A stretch of DNA of 64,000 nt from Acanthaster planci (taxonomy: Eukaryota), in assembly GCF_001949145.1 (NCBI RefSeq), contig NW_019091360.1, positions 1,148,529-1,212,528 of the forward strand, given 5' to 3'. Position 1 is the first letter of the stretch. The number at the start of each line of letters is the position of its first letter. This document shows, in pieces, positions 1-12,927 of this stretch. A program made the position numbers and the translations under genes. The notes beneath the pieces were generated by a model. The model saw only the letters and a program-made list of their open reading frames with translations, did no database searches and was not told where the DNA came from.

Positions 1-37
1 CGGTGTGGTGCCCATGTTGGCCAAGCTAGCCACCACT
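1..37 (+). CDS. ARMC4: ARMC4/ODAD2 armadillo-repeat protein, antepenultimate exon (5' partial)
   Basis: Reads GVVPMLAKLATT, then a phase-0 GTAAGT donor at 38; matches the recalled ARMC4 C-terminal ARM repeat (GVVPLLSKLA). Confidence 0.85.
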
Positions 38-684
38 GTAAGTTTGGTCTGGATTCATGACTAGGGATAGGACCCATTGACATGGCCATTGGTAGCCAAT
101 ATTGTGCGTAGTAAACCATATTGAAAGCCGTGGCTTCCTGTTACTGTTCACACTGACAGCAAGCACAACATGTTCCTGTTTGGAAAGTTAGTATCAACAT
201 AATGCTTTGCAAATTGAGCGGGTTTCTGCCTTGTGTTCACACATATAAATTTTGCTCGGCATAATTACCTGTTATAACTGCTTTCTGTTGTAATTCATCT
301 GTATAAAGGGACCTCACAGTCACTCTAATTTGATTGGCATTTATTGCTCATAGCCTTGAAACCTCCAATATCCTTTATTATCAAAGAATCCATTAGCTAA
401 TTCTTTCAGCCACTGTTGTAGGCAGAAATTTTAGCACCACATACAGTAGGTAGTAGGAAAACTTCCGACAAAAACTGCAGTCAAATCCAGTGTTGGATCT
501 GCTCAAAAATAAAAACTGTACATTTATCAAGTGGTGATCATTATGCCTTTCTACACAAAAGAAGGTTGATTACCAATTGTATGCCCATTGCACTGGTGTC
601 CAATCTTGGGACAAGTGATCATGTTGCACTAGTGTGGTATCTTTTGATCAGGCCCTGTACCCTGTTGTTGTCATTTCTGAACAG

Positions 685-906
685 ACCGACGACAAGCTGA
701 GAAGGCACCTGGCTGATGCCATCGCACGCTGCTGCATGTGGGGCAACAACCGCGTGGCGTTTGGTCAGAACAGCGCTGTGGCACCGCTGGTGCGCTACCT
801 GAAGTCGCCCGACATCAATGTGCACCGAGCCACAGCCACAGCCTTGTTCCAGCTCTCTAGGGATCCTAATAACTGCATCACCATGCACGAGAGTGACGTG
901 GTCAAG
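685..906 (+). CDS. ARMC4: ARMC4/ODAD2 penultimate exon
   Basis: acag|[27 protein letters not shown]...[12 protein letters not shown]|gtag; 222 nt, phase 0/0; close to the recalled ARMC4 sequence [23 protein letters not shown]. Confidence 0.95.
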
Positions 907-1238
907 GTAGGAGGCAGATGTTTTTGTGACCCAAATCAGAAATATGTTTGTGATGTCTAAGCGATAACCGGGAATGTTTAAGTTTGGCCCTAAAAAATGC
1001 AGAAGAAACGGTTTCGTTACTTGAAAGAGACAAAGTACAGAGTAGTAGATGACATTGTTGACAAAAACATTTCGGTCATCAGCCTCTACTTTTCAAACGA
1101 TCCCCAGCTATGCTAGCTCCATGTTGCTAGGTTCAACAGGACCCCTTTCATTTCACACAGTGAGCCCATGCCCTACCCACAATTAAGAAAGTTAGCTTGA
1201 AGTGACAATTATTTCTTGTCTTTTTTATCTTATCTCAG

Positions 1239-1352
1239 CTGTTGATCGACATGGTTGGCTCGGATGACTTTGCCCTACAAGAAGCGGCAGCTGGCTGTAT
1301 CGGCAATATCAGACTACTAGCATTGGCCAATGAAAAGGCTAAATATAAATAG
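1239..1352 (+). CDS. ARMC4: ARMC4/ODAD2 terminal coding exon
   Basis: Polypyrimidine tract + cag, then [37 protein letters not shown] and TAG; matches the ARMC4 C-terminus. Confidence 0.95.
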   Translation: MLIDMVGSDDFALQEAAAGCIGNIRLLALANEKAKYK

Positions 1353-4300
1353 ACCTCGCAAGAAAGATATCTTCAGTGTACATCTTTCCATCAAGTGGAG
1401 ACGGTTCTGAGACAGGTAACTGGTATCTCTGTCACTTTGCATTTTCACTTCTGCTTGAGTTTACAATAGACTTCTGAAAAAACTGTGTTCAGAAGAAAAA
1501 TTCAAATTCATGGCTGAGCATGTAACATAAGCATGTAACAGTAGCGATGTTAGGCTATTTATATCTGTTTGCATATCATAGAGTTTGGAATCAACAAATA
1601 CAATTTTGTCAGTATCAGATCATCATGCAATGTTTAGCAGAGCCATGAACTTGATTCAAACAAGTGTGCTTGCTTAAAATAAGTCTAAGTGTTACAGCTT
1701 AGAATTGTTCAAATGAGAACAGGCAAGTGGCTCAGAGACACTGGTTTCACAGCATCATCAGCAGGATGAACTGGGGCAGAGAAACTGGTTTTTGAAAACA
1801 GTCAGTGTATATAAGTATGTACAAAATATGCAAAAACTACTTCAGGGCAACAGAAGTTACAACCAAAATGCTAATGTCTTCACTGTAAATTGGAGTATAT
1901 TTGTCAAACTTTGGAACCAGCGTGAAGTATTGTGGGAAAGATTACCTGGAAATGCACAGCATTGTAAGTAGTGGATTTGGAGCTCTTGTGAAAGTTTGTT
2001 TAGGTCTATAGACTTGGATGTAGAGGAACCTTTCATTCCTCCAACTGTAAATACTTTCTGACAAGAAGCCGTTTTGTTTACAAGTACATAAAATACAAAT
2101 TTTTACACTGGGTCATATGGAGTCATTCTTGAACTTGTACATACATGAATGAGGGTGTTAAATGAATGCAGTGTTACTTCTTTTATCACTTTGAAATTAT
2201 TGGCTTTCCACCAGTTATTTGAAATTTGTAATAATTCCTTAATTTGCCGTAGAGATTTTCTTGTATTCCGTCCATGGAGAGGTATAATATATATAGCGGT
2301 TTTAATCACCTAGTGCCTTGTAACAATTTTGGCATCAGTTCTGTCTTTCCAATAAAGAATTCAATGACATGTGTAAGGACAGTATATGAACGTCCATGAT
2401 CTGTTTTGTTCCTTCTGTGACCGTTTTGACCACAGCTTTGGCTGAGTTTTTCTGCAGACTGACATATTGACAAAAAGACGGCCAAGATGCAAATCTGCAG
2501 GAAAACATATAACGGAATTTGGTATCTTAAATTGAAAGCCATGCAGATGTGTTTAATCATTCATAAAAGGAAAATATAATTAGGAGGTACATATTTGAAA
2601 ATCATGAAAATCATGAAAATCTGACAGAAAACAGCATAGGTAGATAATAGGAAATATGAAATTAAACATAACAAGAAAGAATTTCTAAAGAAAAAAAGCA
2701 ACATTTACCAAAATAAATACTGGTAGTTACCTGTGAGTTATCAGCATGATAACACCAGAGACCAGTGTTGTGAAATCAAAGTATAAATCATGTTGGTCGG
2801 AACAATCATAGGTTTTCATGTTTGCCAACTAGAAACTAAGAAAGCTATGCTTACTTGGTTATTTTCGGCAGCAGGAAGGGCAGTGCGTGGGGTTTGGACA
2901 AGATGGAGGTGGAATGGCGTGCATAATGAAGTAATGGGAACAGAGTGGCTTTTCAACTGTTAACACATTTCACTTGAAGCTGTGTACACGTAAGTCTACA
3001 CAGACAAGCATGATTCCCATTCCGATCATATCACCACTGCTGAACGGTTGCTAACATTTCATTGATACATTCTACTTTTACACCAAATCAGCCGGCTTGG
3101 AAAAATACAGCATCTGTCTCATTATGTAAACTGTATTGCAAGCCAGCAAGATACATAAATGCTTCATTAGTCAACTATTACTGATTATCACATTTCTTTG
3201 TATGGCTTTTAAAGACATACATACCACGGGAATATTTATTTTGCAACACTATTATAGGGGATGCAGCTTTGGGCCTCCAGTATATCACTTGTACAGGGCT
3301 AAAACCTTATTTTAGCAGTACTTGTTTATTTCATAAATAGCTACATTTACAATTAGATTTTGAGGGTATTTAAAGGTACATGTATTAGTTAAAAGTCTTT
3401 TATACTTGTTTAAAATGGTTAAAATTGTGGATATTCTTTGCAACCTATTTTCAAATATAAGTAACTCTTGGTTGTTACAAATAAATATACAAGTATCAAG
3501 CAACAAAAAGTTATAAATGCATCTGACACCAGCAAAACCTGGATTGAAAATGTTTTAAATAAAGACAGGAAAACACATGTTGTTTGGGCTATACAACCAA
3601 CTCCATAATAGATCTAGTCTTTGAGATGTGTTAGTTGAAATTCAGGTTGACAGACCTACGACTGACAAGAAACACACAACAGACATGGATCCCTACCCCC
3701 TTTTCATTAGGAATTCTCAGATGTAATGGCACCATATGGTAAATCAATACAGTAACAATGTCTTGGCTTCAGGGAACCATACCGCCAGAGGGTAGTGATG
3801 ATTCAATGCAAGGGAATGATCGAGCAATTGGCGGAAAATGCAAACAAGTCCAATACCATAGGAACTGTAGTGATTGTAGGGAAAACGTGTAGACAGCATA
3901 AAACTTTGCAGAATATATGACTGCATTTGAAGCACACCGACTGCAACAAAAAAAAAAGCCTTTTGGGACAACCATTCGGTGAGAACCTGGATTGAGAACT
4001 GCCAGAAAGGAGTGAGGATGATTCCAACTAGATGCAAACGATACTTGAGGTTACATCTTGCAATATCACATTACAGACCCTGCAAGTTTCACTGATGACT
4101 GCTTTTGAAGAAAAATTCTATGCCAGTTTTGAAAGCGCTTTGCATGTCACAGAATTTGTTAAATTAATGAACCAACATCAAAATAATCACTGCCATTTCT
4201 TCCTTGGGACGTCCAAATTTCAAAAACAACAGAATTACAGCAAAAGAGTAAAACATACTTATATTGCACTTTTCCAAAGTTAAAACTTTGCACAGCATAA

Positions 4301-5774
4301 AATTATATCAAAATAAAACTCATTACATAAACTTTCAAACTTTTCAAAATCAGAAAGATTTTATTTGCTGCAGATGTACTGACCCGATATTTAAAAATAG
4401 CATTTTGAAAAATCATAAAGATATCATTTCAATTGTGTTGAACAGTGGTTAACTCAAAATGCTTCATTTTATACAAAAAACTCATTTTTTGCAGACCTTA
4501 AAAACAGAAAGTGATATTTAGCTGCTTTCAAAGAATCCTGAAATGCATCACAAATTATCATGGTTTGCAGGTGGTAATGCTGCCACACATGGCTTGTCTC
4601 GATTTTTTCTCCGAGTACATACAACTGACTAAATGGAGAGATGCTACAAGATACGATTAATACCTGCTGTTTCCCTGATCTCATAAGGTTGGAGGTTGAT
4701 CTGTCTCTACAATCTTTTTATACCTGCAGAGCCTGCAGGGATCTTAGCTCACTGACTGAATTATCCTGAGCCGTGTTTCCCATTTGACTTTTTTTCTGTG
4801 CTTTTGCTGAACTTACCGTGATGGCATGTAACCATTTCTTTGTGTAAATCATTTATGCGTTCCCACTTGGACTTAACAGTAACAGAACATTAGTTTACTG
4901 TGCAAGGTTGGTCTATGTGGCACGAAACTGATGTCCTAAGCATATCTTCATATGCTACCATGCTGTTTGAATGGTTACGTTACGCACTAGAAATATCCTC
5001 AATTTTCCATCGTTACCACAACTGATTTGACTGTCATGAAACCTGGTCACATTTCTCCTCATTTCAATTAAATTGGTCAAAATACTTGTGAAGCAAAAGA
5101 AACACTGCCTTGATGGAAATGTGCATAACGCCGCACCGTGAAAATAGTGATGTGTGTACAATCGTATCAAATGGGTCAGGGAACCGTTTTTCAAACGAGA
5201 TATTCTACAATGTACCCGTGTGGAAGTTTTATAGTGTGGTGCTGTTCCCAATGGAACAACTGGAACCCTGTAAATCAACCACTTCTCTGTGGAGAGATTC
5301 CATGACCAGACTACGTGGTTCCCGTGAGCAAGATGTAAAACCAATAGGGACGTCAGTTCTCCAGGAATTCTGACTGGACTTGAATTTTGTAATTCTTTCA
5401 CTCAGTCCAATGGAACAATGGATTTGTCAGGATTCGATAGATATCGGAAATAATATTCTTTCCATTACACTGAACATTTTCTCAGTTTGACTGAGTATTA
5501 TTTTCGCAAACAGCACTCGAATAATTTAAGCATTACAATTTTTGAGCATTCAACTTTGTACGTTACAAATTCTGACGCACACTGCCGCCAACTAAATCTA
5601 ACACGCATACACACATTCTTGTCCTGTGGTAATACGCCAACCACACACATTGTGGGGACCAAATATTACTGCGATTGAAGTCCGTACAATCTGCTCCACA
5701 TTATCTCACACAAAGAAAACTTTCCCACAATGTCATGCCGACCAGGGCACACATTCACACACATAGACTTTTTG

Positions 5775-7116
5775 CTATAGCATAGGGCCGGGTTTACGGA
5801 AACCTTTCAAAGAGGAGAGGTTTCCGGCCAGCATGGACATAGGACTTGTGACCCCTTGGGTCGTGGCTTGAGTCGCCAGACCCTCCTTTGAGGTCTCTCC
5901 TCCTCCTGTCTGTCCTCTAATGGGAAGCACGGAGGGTCTAGATGCGCTGAGCAACGAGGCTAGTCCAACTCCTGCCGTCTGTGACTGAGATGTGTCTGTT
6001 GATCTGGAGTTACTAGAAACAGTCAATGCACTGCCTCCACTGTATGAAGAATGCTGCTTGGGGTGACTAGAAACAGCTGAAACACTGGCTGCACCGTGTA
6101 AACCCTGCTGCTTGGGGTGACTAGATACAGTCTCGGTGGAGCTGAGTGCACCGAGCAAGCCAATCCCATGGGAACCCTGTGGCTTAGTGCATTCTAGGAC
6201 TTCGGAATGACCACCCCGGCTACCGAATGCACTCGATGATTTGGAGGAACTAAACACATTTGAAGTGGAGCTTGAGCTAGCTGGGCCCAACTGGATAGTG
6301 TTAAACCCTGGCACACTGCGAGTTGTAGAAACAGTTCCAGTGAAGGTCATCTGAAAGGGGAGATTAGAAACAGTTGGGGTGGGTCCCGGTGTGGTTGTGG
6401 CAAACCCAAGCTCAATTCCCGAGTCGTCTGATGAGAAGAGTTTCTTGGGGACCTTTGAGTCAACAGTAAGACCACTGTTTCGATGGACTGTTCCAGCATG
6501 CGAGCCGTATGCTCCTGGGGGGCTGTAGCCTCCTACGGCTCCTTCTAGACCCATACAAAAGCCCTCTGTGGATAGTGCTGAAGATGCGGGTGCTGAAGAT
6601 CGGGGTGTTCGTACCGGGCTCATCACGACGTCTCTGGTGCGCACGCTCGGAGCGACGGGCTGGCGCTGAAGAGTCCGGGCTCGACGCTCAGAGGTCTCCT
6701 TCTCTGCCCGGATCTTACGTACCTTCTCCATGAGCCGGGTTTTGGTCTCTGCGTCCAGCGAGTCTGTGATGTTCTTGGAGCGCACCGGCACGGCAAAGCG
6801 GGAGAAGATGCGGCTGGAGATGCGGTGCATGCGCTGCGGTTCCTCCACATCTGACGAGGTTTCTCTTGCAGCCTCCGATGCACTCTTGAGCGGGGCCTGC
6901 GTGGGGGCGCCAAACATGTTCAGCCCCGCATTGACGCCGGCCGGGTTGATGGCAGCCGCTTCCACTTTCGTCAGGACTTTGGGCTCAGCCGTCTGATCTA
7001 CATCTCGCTCCTTCAAGACCTGAGCCAGGCCCAAGGATGTGCTGAAGGTCCTAGCAGCGACAGGCTTAGTGGGTTTGCTGATGTGTTCTGTGTTGGCCAT
7101 CCTCGGACCCTTGTCA
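5775..7116 (-). CDS. TRAK1: TRAK/Milton coding exon 15 (terminal; Ser/Thr-rich tail)
   Basis: Acceptor ttttcacag; phase 2 fits the preceding exon; contains TFSTSLGLAQVLKERDV, resembling the TRAK LAKLLQERGI motif; TAG at 5775-5777. Confidence 0.9.
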
Positions 7117-7643
7117 CTGTGAAAACAAAACATAAGAGGGATAATAAACTGAAATTAAACAAACTGGACCAAGGAATTTTGAATTTGAACTTCTCAAGAG
7201 CAACCTAAGATTTTTTGTCACTTGCAGACTGGTTTAAAATCAAATTTTCTTCCTCTTAAAGTAATGTGCATTTACTTGAATCAGTGATACAGTTAATGTA
7301 AATGAAGCACACACTTCAAATATAAAACATCTATGTCGACACAGTGTTCTTGAGACAGACTTAAGTCACAATGAATGATGTGCAAATTAATTGTAATGAC
7401 TGAATGATTGTAGAAACTGATAACTGAAAAAAAGGGTAAGCTTTGAAAATAAAGAGTGAATTTGTTGAAATTTTGGAACAATTAAAGCTGCAAACTTGTA
7501 AAAAGTTGAGGTCACATAATGATCAAACTCCAAATCCAATCTTTAACAGAAACAAGAATTTCAAGAGGAACAAACACAGAAAACATCTGGTGATAGGCTC
7601 AAAACCATCAACCCTCAAGACAGGCTCCATGGCAGATTCTTAC

Positions 7644-7746
7644 CTGGAAGTAAGCACCGTGTTATCAAGCAAACCGATGGTGCTCGTGGTGTAGGTGTAG
7701 GTACTAGACGTACTGACAAAACATTTGCTAGGAACGCAAGTGTGCT
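7644..7746 (-). CDS. TRAK1: TRAK/Milton coding exon 14
   Basis: (E)HTCVPSKCFVSTSSTYTYTTSTIGLLDNTVLTS, resembling TRAK KCMSQTNSTFTFTT; cag acceptor, GTAAG donor, phases 1/2. Confidence 0.85.
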
Positions 7747-8600
7747 CTGCATGTTACATTGGCAGAAAAACAGACGTAAATGAGCGATGAAAACACCTCA
7801 ATTCAATAGCCCTGCGTACTGATAATGCATCACTGTGTTTACTGCAGCACATTGGTGGGATAGAAAGGGGAGTCAAATGTCACGAGCGAGAGAAATAGCA
7901 CACATATAAATTACATTTGATCACCAGAAAGTGAAAGGTGCAAATCTTACCATTTCTAGTTGTCAAGGATAAGATTCAAAATGATGGTTACAAAACAACT
8001 GCCTTTTTAAACGAAATAATCATATTCGTATGCTTATGATAGCAGTGTACACACCGCTGACCCACGTTCTTTCCCGCCGGTGCTCTCCGGTATTAAACAC
8101 TGTGATGCATGCAGGGCTAATCTCTCCTTTGAATAGCCTTGGAATTCAAGACTGATTTGGAAACATGTATAGCTGTAAGGTAAGAGAATTAACTATATGT
8201 AACTAAACTTCATTAGTTCAGTTGGCAAAAGGAAAATAAATGAACGTATTACAAAGATTAATCAATACTCTTCAATCTGTTTTCAACACACTGCACAGCC
8301 AGTGAAATCCTAACTAGTTTTTGCCATAGGATACATGAACACATCCTTGCATTATGTATACACAGGGACGGCCAATGGATTCAACAGCCACACATGCTAA
8401 AGAGTCACTGGCAGCGGACATGTCTACACACTAATCCTCCATTTGTTTTGTACACACAAGGCCCAAGGAGTCTGGGGAAGCAGACTATGTACCTGGTCAA
8501 TCTACACTGCCTACTATTTGCCTGTTTCTTTCAGACAGATCTGAATCACTATCAGTGATCCCAACGCCGGCTCCCTCCATCCATTAGGTGGGTTCTTGTG

Positions 8601-8641
8601 TCAGTGAACCAACGATGGATCACTGATTGCGATGTAGATCC
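8601..8641 (-). CDS. Candidate alternative terminal exon of TRAK (GIYIAISDPSLVH*)
   Basis: Strong acceptor ccttgtttgtttcacag; joined in phase 1 to exon 13 it gives 13 codons then TGA. Confidence 0.35.
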
Positions 8642-8943
8642 CTGTGAAACAAACAAGGCCCTGAAGTAGCAAATGTCGACCCGTGGGCGCACCCCAGAGT
8701 GTAGCAAAATGGTTGGGATAGGAAGTATTATTCAAACATTGTTCAAATGACTCTATTAAGCCAGTATTTGTGTTGCTTGTCTGTTTAACAAAAATTTGCT
8801 GACATGTCTTTGCCCTGTTTCGAAAGTTGAAATTTTCAGTTAAAACAATAGCCCAAATGCTGCACGACACATTGTGATTCCAGCATCAAATCCAACAAGA
8901 CAAGGGAAGGGGACAGAAGTCACAGCCCAAAGTGATTCCTTAC

Positions 8944-9102
8944 CGATGACTCGCCCATCATCCTCCACATCGTCCATGGAGTAGATGGTCCCGTCTCTCT
9001 CCAGCTCCCTGAAGCCCTTGACCATGACGCCCGGCCTGACGTCCAGCATGCTGGCCATGTGAGGCTGGGCAAGACGCTGCCAGTGGTATAACGTCAAGGA
9101 AC
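8944..9102 (-). CDS. TRAK1: TRAK/Milton coding exon 13
   Basis: GSLTLYHWQRLAQPHMASMLDVRPGVMVKGFR, the hallmark Milton-domain motif; phases 1/1. Confidence 0.95.
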
Positions 9103-9578
9103 CTGCATTCAAACACATCCAAAAATGCACACTAAATGAAAGGTCAAGAAAAACCAGCCGCTGTTGTAACTCTGTCTCAAATAATGCAATTATATTGACA
9201 CAGAAAGATTATGTGACCAGGCAATAAAAATGCATATTACCCTCATCCTTGTGCATATCACATTGTGCTATCATAAATCCCAGTTCCGCAGTCCAAACCA
9301 TTATGTAGGGATCACTAACCAGACTAATTTCATTCACTGGTACCTTTGTCACAAAAGTTGATAACAGTAAACTCTAGTGGGACCAGCAAACTGGCACACA
9401 ATATGATCGGCTTTTGAACAGCTGCAATTTTTGTCAATGATTGAAGTTCGTTTGAAATTTGTTTCTTCCTGTAAGTTCCTCAAAAGGATGTCTGCTCAGC
9501 TGGAAGAGACATGCTGATTCTCCTCCAAAAATGGGCTTTTGAGCAAGGCGTACATGAATGAAAAGGTTGGTGCCTCAC

Positions 9579-9877
9579 CTTCCATGGGCTTGACAATCTG
9601 CAGCTTCTCCGGCATGTACGACCGAAAGCCATGCCCACTCATGGACGGCAATCCTCCAAAGCTGTCCATGGACCAGATGCTCCCTGGGCTGGGGCAGGTA
9701 GGGGTCTGGGAGCCCCCTGTGCCCCCTGGCTCTGACCCCTGAAGGAGGCGGAGCTTCTCCTCCTCTGCATACTTGTCCTCTGCCTCCTGGTTCTGCTTGC
9801 GCAGGTTGAGGCGGCGGAGGGCCGTTTCTAGGTCGTTGGAGCCAGGGATGCCTGTCCGGCCCAAGTGATGCACAGAG
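9579..9877 (-). CDS. TRAK1: TRAK/Milton coding exon 12
   Basis: GIPGSNDLETALRRLNLR...SYMPEKLQIVKPME, conserved Milton motifs; cag/GTGAG; phases 2/1. Confidence 0.95.
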
Positions 9878-10140
9878 CTGTGTGGTGTGAGAGGTATGAC
9901 GGATGAAGATAACTATGGGAAGCCTGAAGCCTCTGCTGGTGTTGTGAAAGGAACTAACGCCGGCACTATGTACATGACACATGATACTTTAACAAATGAT
10001 GTTACACTTCCTTAATACTGACTTTGAACAAAAATCCATTTACACACATGATAATTGACAGTGCCTACTAAGCCTATTGGATAATCTGGCCCTGCTATTA
10101 CATCTGAAAGGTTTGTCTCAGTTGCAACCACACTGTGTTG

Positions 10141-10305
10141 CCATCCAGACACCAGACTACTCACCCAGAAACCTTACTGCTCACACAGACGCTCGACTTC
10201 TCACTCAAGCCCCACACTTGTCACCCAGGTACCACACTACTCACCCAGACACCAAATTACTCAGATACCTGACCTCCTACCAAGGCCAGGGACTACTCAC
10301 CCAGA
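10141..10305. repeat. Degenerate 20-bp tandem repeat containing copies of the exon-11 splice donor
   Basis: Unit approximately accagactactcacccagac; about 6-7 degenerate copies. Confidence 0.75.
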
Positions 10306-10510
10306 TGGGCTGTTGTTTGACTCATTATCCCCCTCGTACTGCTCACTCAAAGGTGCCTCACTCAGCTGAGATCCTGCCATGGATATGACCGAGCTTCCTG
10401 GGGAGGTACGACGGCTGCTGTAGATGTCCTCACTGTAGTCTGATGGCGCTCGGCTACTGGAGGCTCGGTTTAGATCCCTCACGGTCCGCAAGATGTTCCT
10501 GTTTTGTTCC
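10301..10510 (-). CDS. TRAK1: TRAK/Milton coding exon 11
   Basis: EQNRNILRTVRDLN...NNSPSG; cag/GTGAGT; phases 2/2. Confidence 0.88.
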
Positions 10511-10855
10511 CTGGATAGAGAAGAGTTCAACAAAACAATGTTAACAATGATCCATAAATTGCAGGAAGAATAATGGTTCTTAGGGGCAAAGCAATCATCA
10601 ACAGTGAACTGATAAACCATCAACGGAGGAAGGGGGGGTCAATTCTGAGTTATTTTCAAGCAAATTGGTAATATTCACCCGCTTTCCTTCACTCTGTTTA
10701 TTTTGCTTTTGCTAACTTTCCCCCCCAATTTTCTTTTTCAAAATGTTTTTTTGGTGGGGGGGGAACCACTGCAGCCTCTCCTGGTCCCCTCATAACGTTC
10801 ATCTATGAATATCTTGGACATGTAGGTTGAATGGTCAGATCAGTGTTTGCTGTAC

Positions 10856-10941
10856 CTTTTATTGCCTCGTCGGCTGAGTTTAGGATTGCCTCCTGCTAGC
10901 TCTTGCTCCACAGTGTTGACAAGCTCAGCTGCCAGAGAATC
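10856..10941 (-). CDS. TRAK1: TRAK/Milton coding exon 10
   Basis: DSLAAELVNTVEQEL (the TRAK/HAP1 SLAAE Spindly-like motif); phases 0/2. Confidence 0.92.
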
Positions 10942-11280
10942 CTGCAAGAAATCATACAGGAAAAACACACACAAACCTTTCATTTGCCAATGATTCTACT
11001 CATCAATCTTTACCTTGTGTTTGGTAAAATACCCCCTTGGCCACATGTATGGTATGTGCCTCATGCACAGCACTAAGATTTCCTCATATGGAAAGAGGTG
11101 TAGGCATTGTAAACTGTGCAAAATGGTGCAGAACACAGAAACGCTAGTGTAAAGTGAAATTATCTGGTGAGCAATAAGTTTTGCATGAGAGATCCCCGTT
11201 GTTCTTAATACCCAGACTCTGTGCATGCAAACTGGTCAGTTCATGCAGTCTCTATACTGACACAGCGACTGTGTACTTAC

Positions 11281-11424
11281 CGGTGGGAAGATTGGTAACG
11301 GGTTTACGTTGTATTGCGGCAGGTTGCTCTTTGGTAAGGAACGCCGATGAATCTCCTTGGCCTCTAACCTGGCCTCATTCAACATGGTGAAGTACTCGTC
11401 TGCCTTGTCTCGGGCTTCTTGTAA
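11281..11424 (-). CDS. TRAK1: TRAK/Milton coding exon 9
   Basis: LQEARDKADEYFTMLNEARLEAKEIHRR coiled coil; cag/GTAAGT; 144 nt. Confidence 0.92.
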
Positions 11425-11590
11425 CTGGAGGAAGAAAGAAAGATTTGATGGAACAGTTACATCCAATCAAATCTGTCACAAAATCCCTTCAAGAAAATTG
11501 TGGTTTTTGGATACTATCACATGCATCTGATTTGACTGATTGCATCTATTTTTACCCCTCAGCTAACTGGAAAATCATCTTTGAAAGTAC

Positions 11591-11665
11591 CTCTTTAGTG
11601 AGAGATTGCTGAGCCTCCCTAGCTGCTTGATATTGGTGCTGTAGCTCCTCATTCTCAATAGAGAG
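11591..11665 (-). CDS. TRAK1: TRAK/Milton coding exon 8
   Basis: LSIENEELQHQYQAAREAQQSLTKE, resembling TRAK VENEELVQHL; 75 nt, phases 0/0. Confidence 0.92.
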
Positions 11666-12796
11666 CTGCCAAAAGAAAGGATAAGATTACAACATGAATG
11701 TAACAATTAAAAAGTGTGGGGTATTAGAATGTGGAAAAGTCTGCTTTTCCCAGTTACACAAAGAGCAATCTTGTCAAAACAAGTAAATTCCGATTAGGAA
11801 GCATCTCAAATTTTGTTTTAAACACTTCACCAAGAACCCACAGTCCTGCTGTGTGAAGCCTAAGAAAGACATGGGCCAGTGTGGGCCTGTTTGCTTGCAT
11901 GTATGTCTGTGCACACTCTCATATGCTTGAAAGGGAATTTTTCTCGAGAGAGATGTATTATATCTTGTTCTAATGGGGGCATTCTGTAAGAAAAAAGAAC
12001 ATTGTGCCACACACACTAATGCCAGATAACACAACTGTGACCATCCATACATCTCCATGGTAACCAAATCAATGATACAGGCCAGTTCCATATTCCAACA
12101 GTTGATGCACAAAAAAGCAAGTCACATCTCACTCAAGAATATCAATAAACACATGCAAAGCTATTTGTCTGGGCAAACATTCACCAGCCTGCCGGCAGTA
12201 AAAATCTTTCAGTATTACATGTATTTGTTGGGCCAGACACTGGCCTATAATCCAACATTATCACTACAGGCTTTATCTTTCTTCAAGTCCACGAAATGAC
12301 GCTGTTGGCTATTTTCTGTTGCATTCATTTTCAGGAGATAGTGTTGTTTGTAATGCAGGGATGAAATTGGCACCTGCTGGGTTACATATTAACCACTCTG
12401 CGAACAGGATATGTAAATATGATCTAGCTATCTTGCATACACAACCATAGTTGGCAGGTTGAAATGGCAAGCGTGCCTGGACTCACCAACTGATGTTTAA
12501 ACACAGTTATCCCCGGGTTTTTTGTATACATGTACATACACATTAAGTCTGGGAAGTCAGTGTACTGAACACGAACTTGGCCACTGTGCACAGCCTTTTG
12601 TGGCAGTGTATATCGTTCCATGGGCGTGCACCAGTGTGTTGGAAATTATAGGGTGTAGTGAGAAATATCTACCAAAGCTATTCAAATAACCCTAACAAAT
12701 CACTACTTGTGATGTTTGGCTGTATCCAAATTTTGGCCAAAAGCAACACCACAAGCAAGTGGTTCGTAATTTAGAACACACGAGCCCTGGACTGAC

Positions 12797-12927
12797 CTTT
12801 TTGACCTTCTGCTGCAGTTCCACCACCTGGGCCAGCAAGTTTGTAATCTCTTCCTTCTGTTGGTACGTCTCCTCTAACCTACGGCTCAACTCATCTGCTA
12901 GTACCCCCTCTCGGCCCTGGGCCTCAC
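12797..12927 (-). CDS. TRAK1: TRAK/Milton coding exon 7
   Basis: QQKEEITNLLAQVVELQQKVKK, a HAP1_N motif; phases 1/0. Confidence 0.93.

Noticed and set aside
4955..5401. 148-aa minus-strand ORF
   Set aside because: Starts at a non-ATG codon, has no recognisable motif, and lies in the presumed TRAK 3'UTR.
6509..6996. Overlapping and antisense ORFs within the last TRAK exon
   Set aside because: Shadow frames of GC-rich coding sequence.
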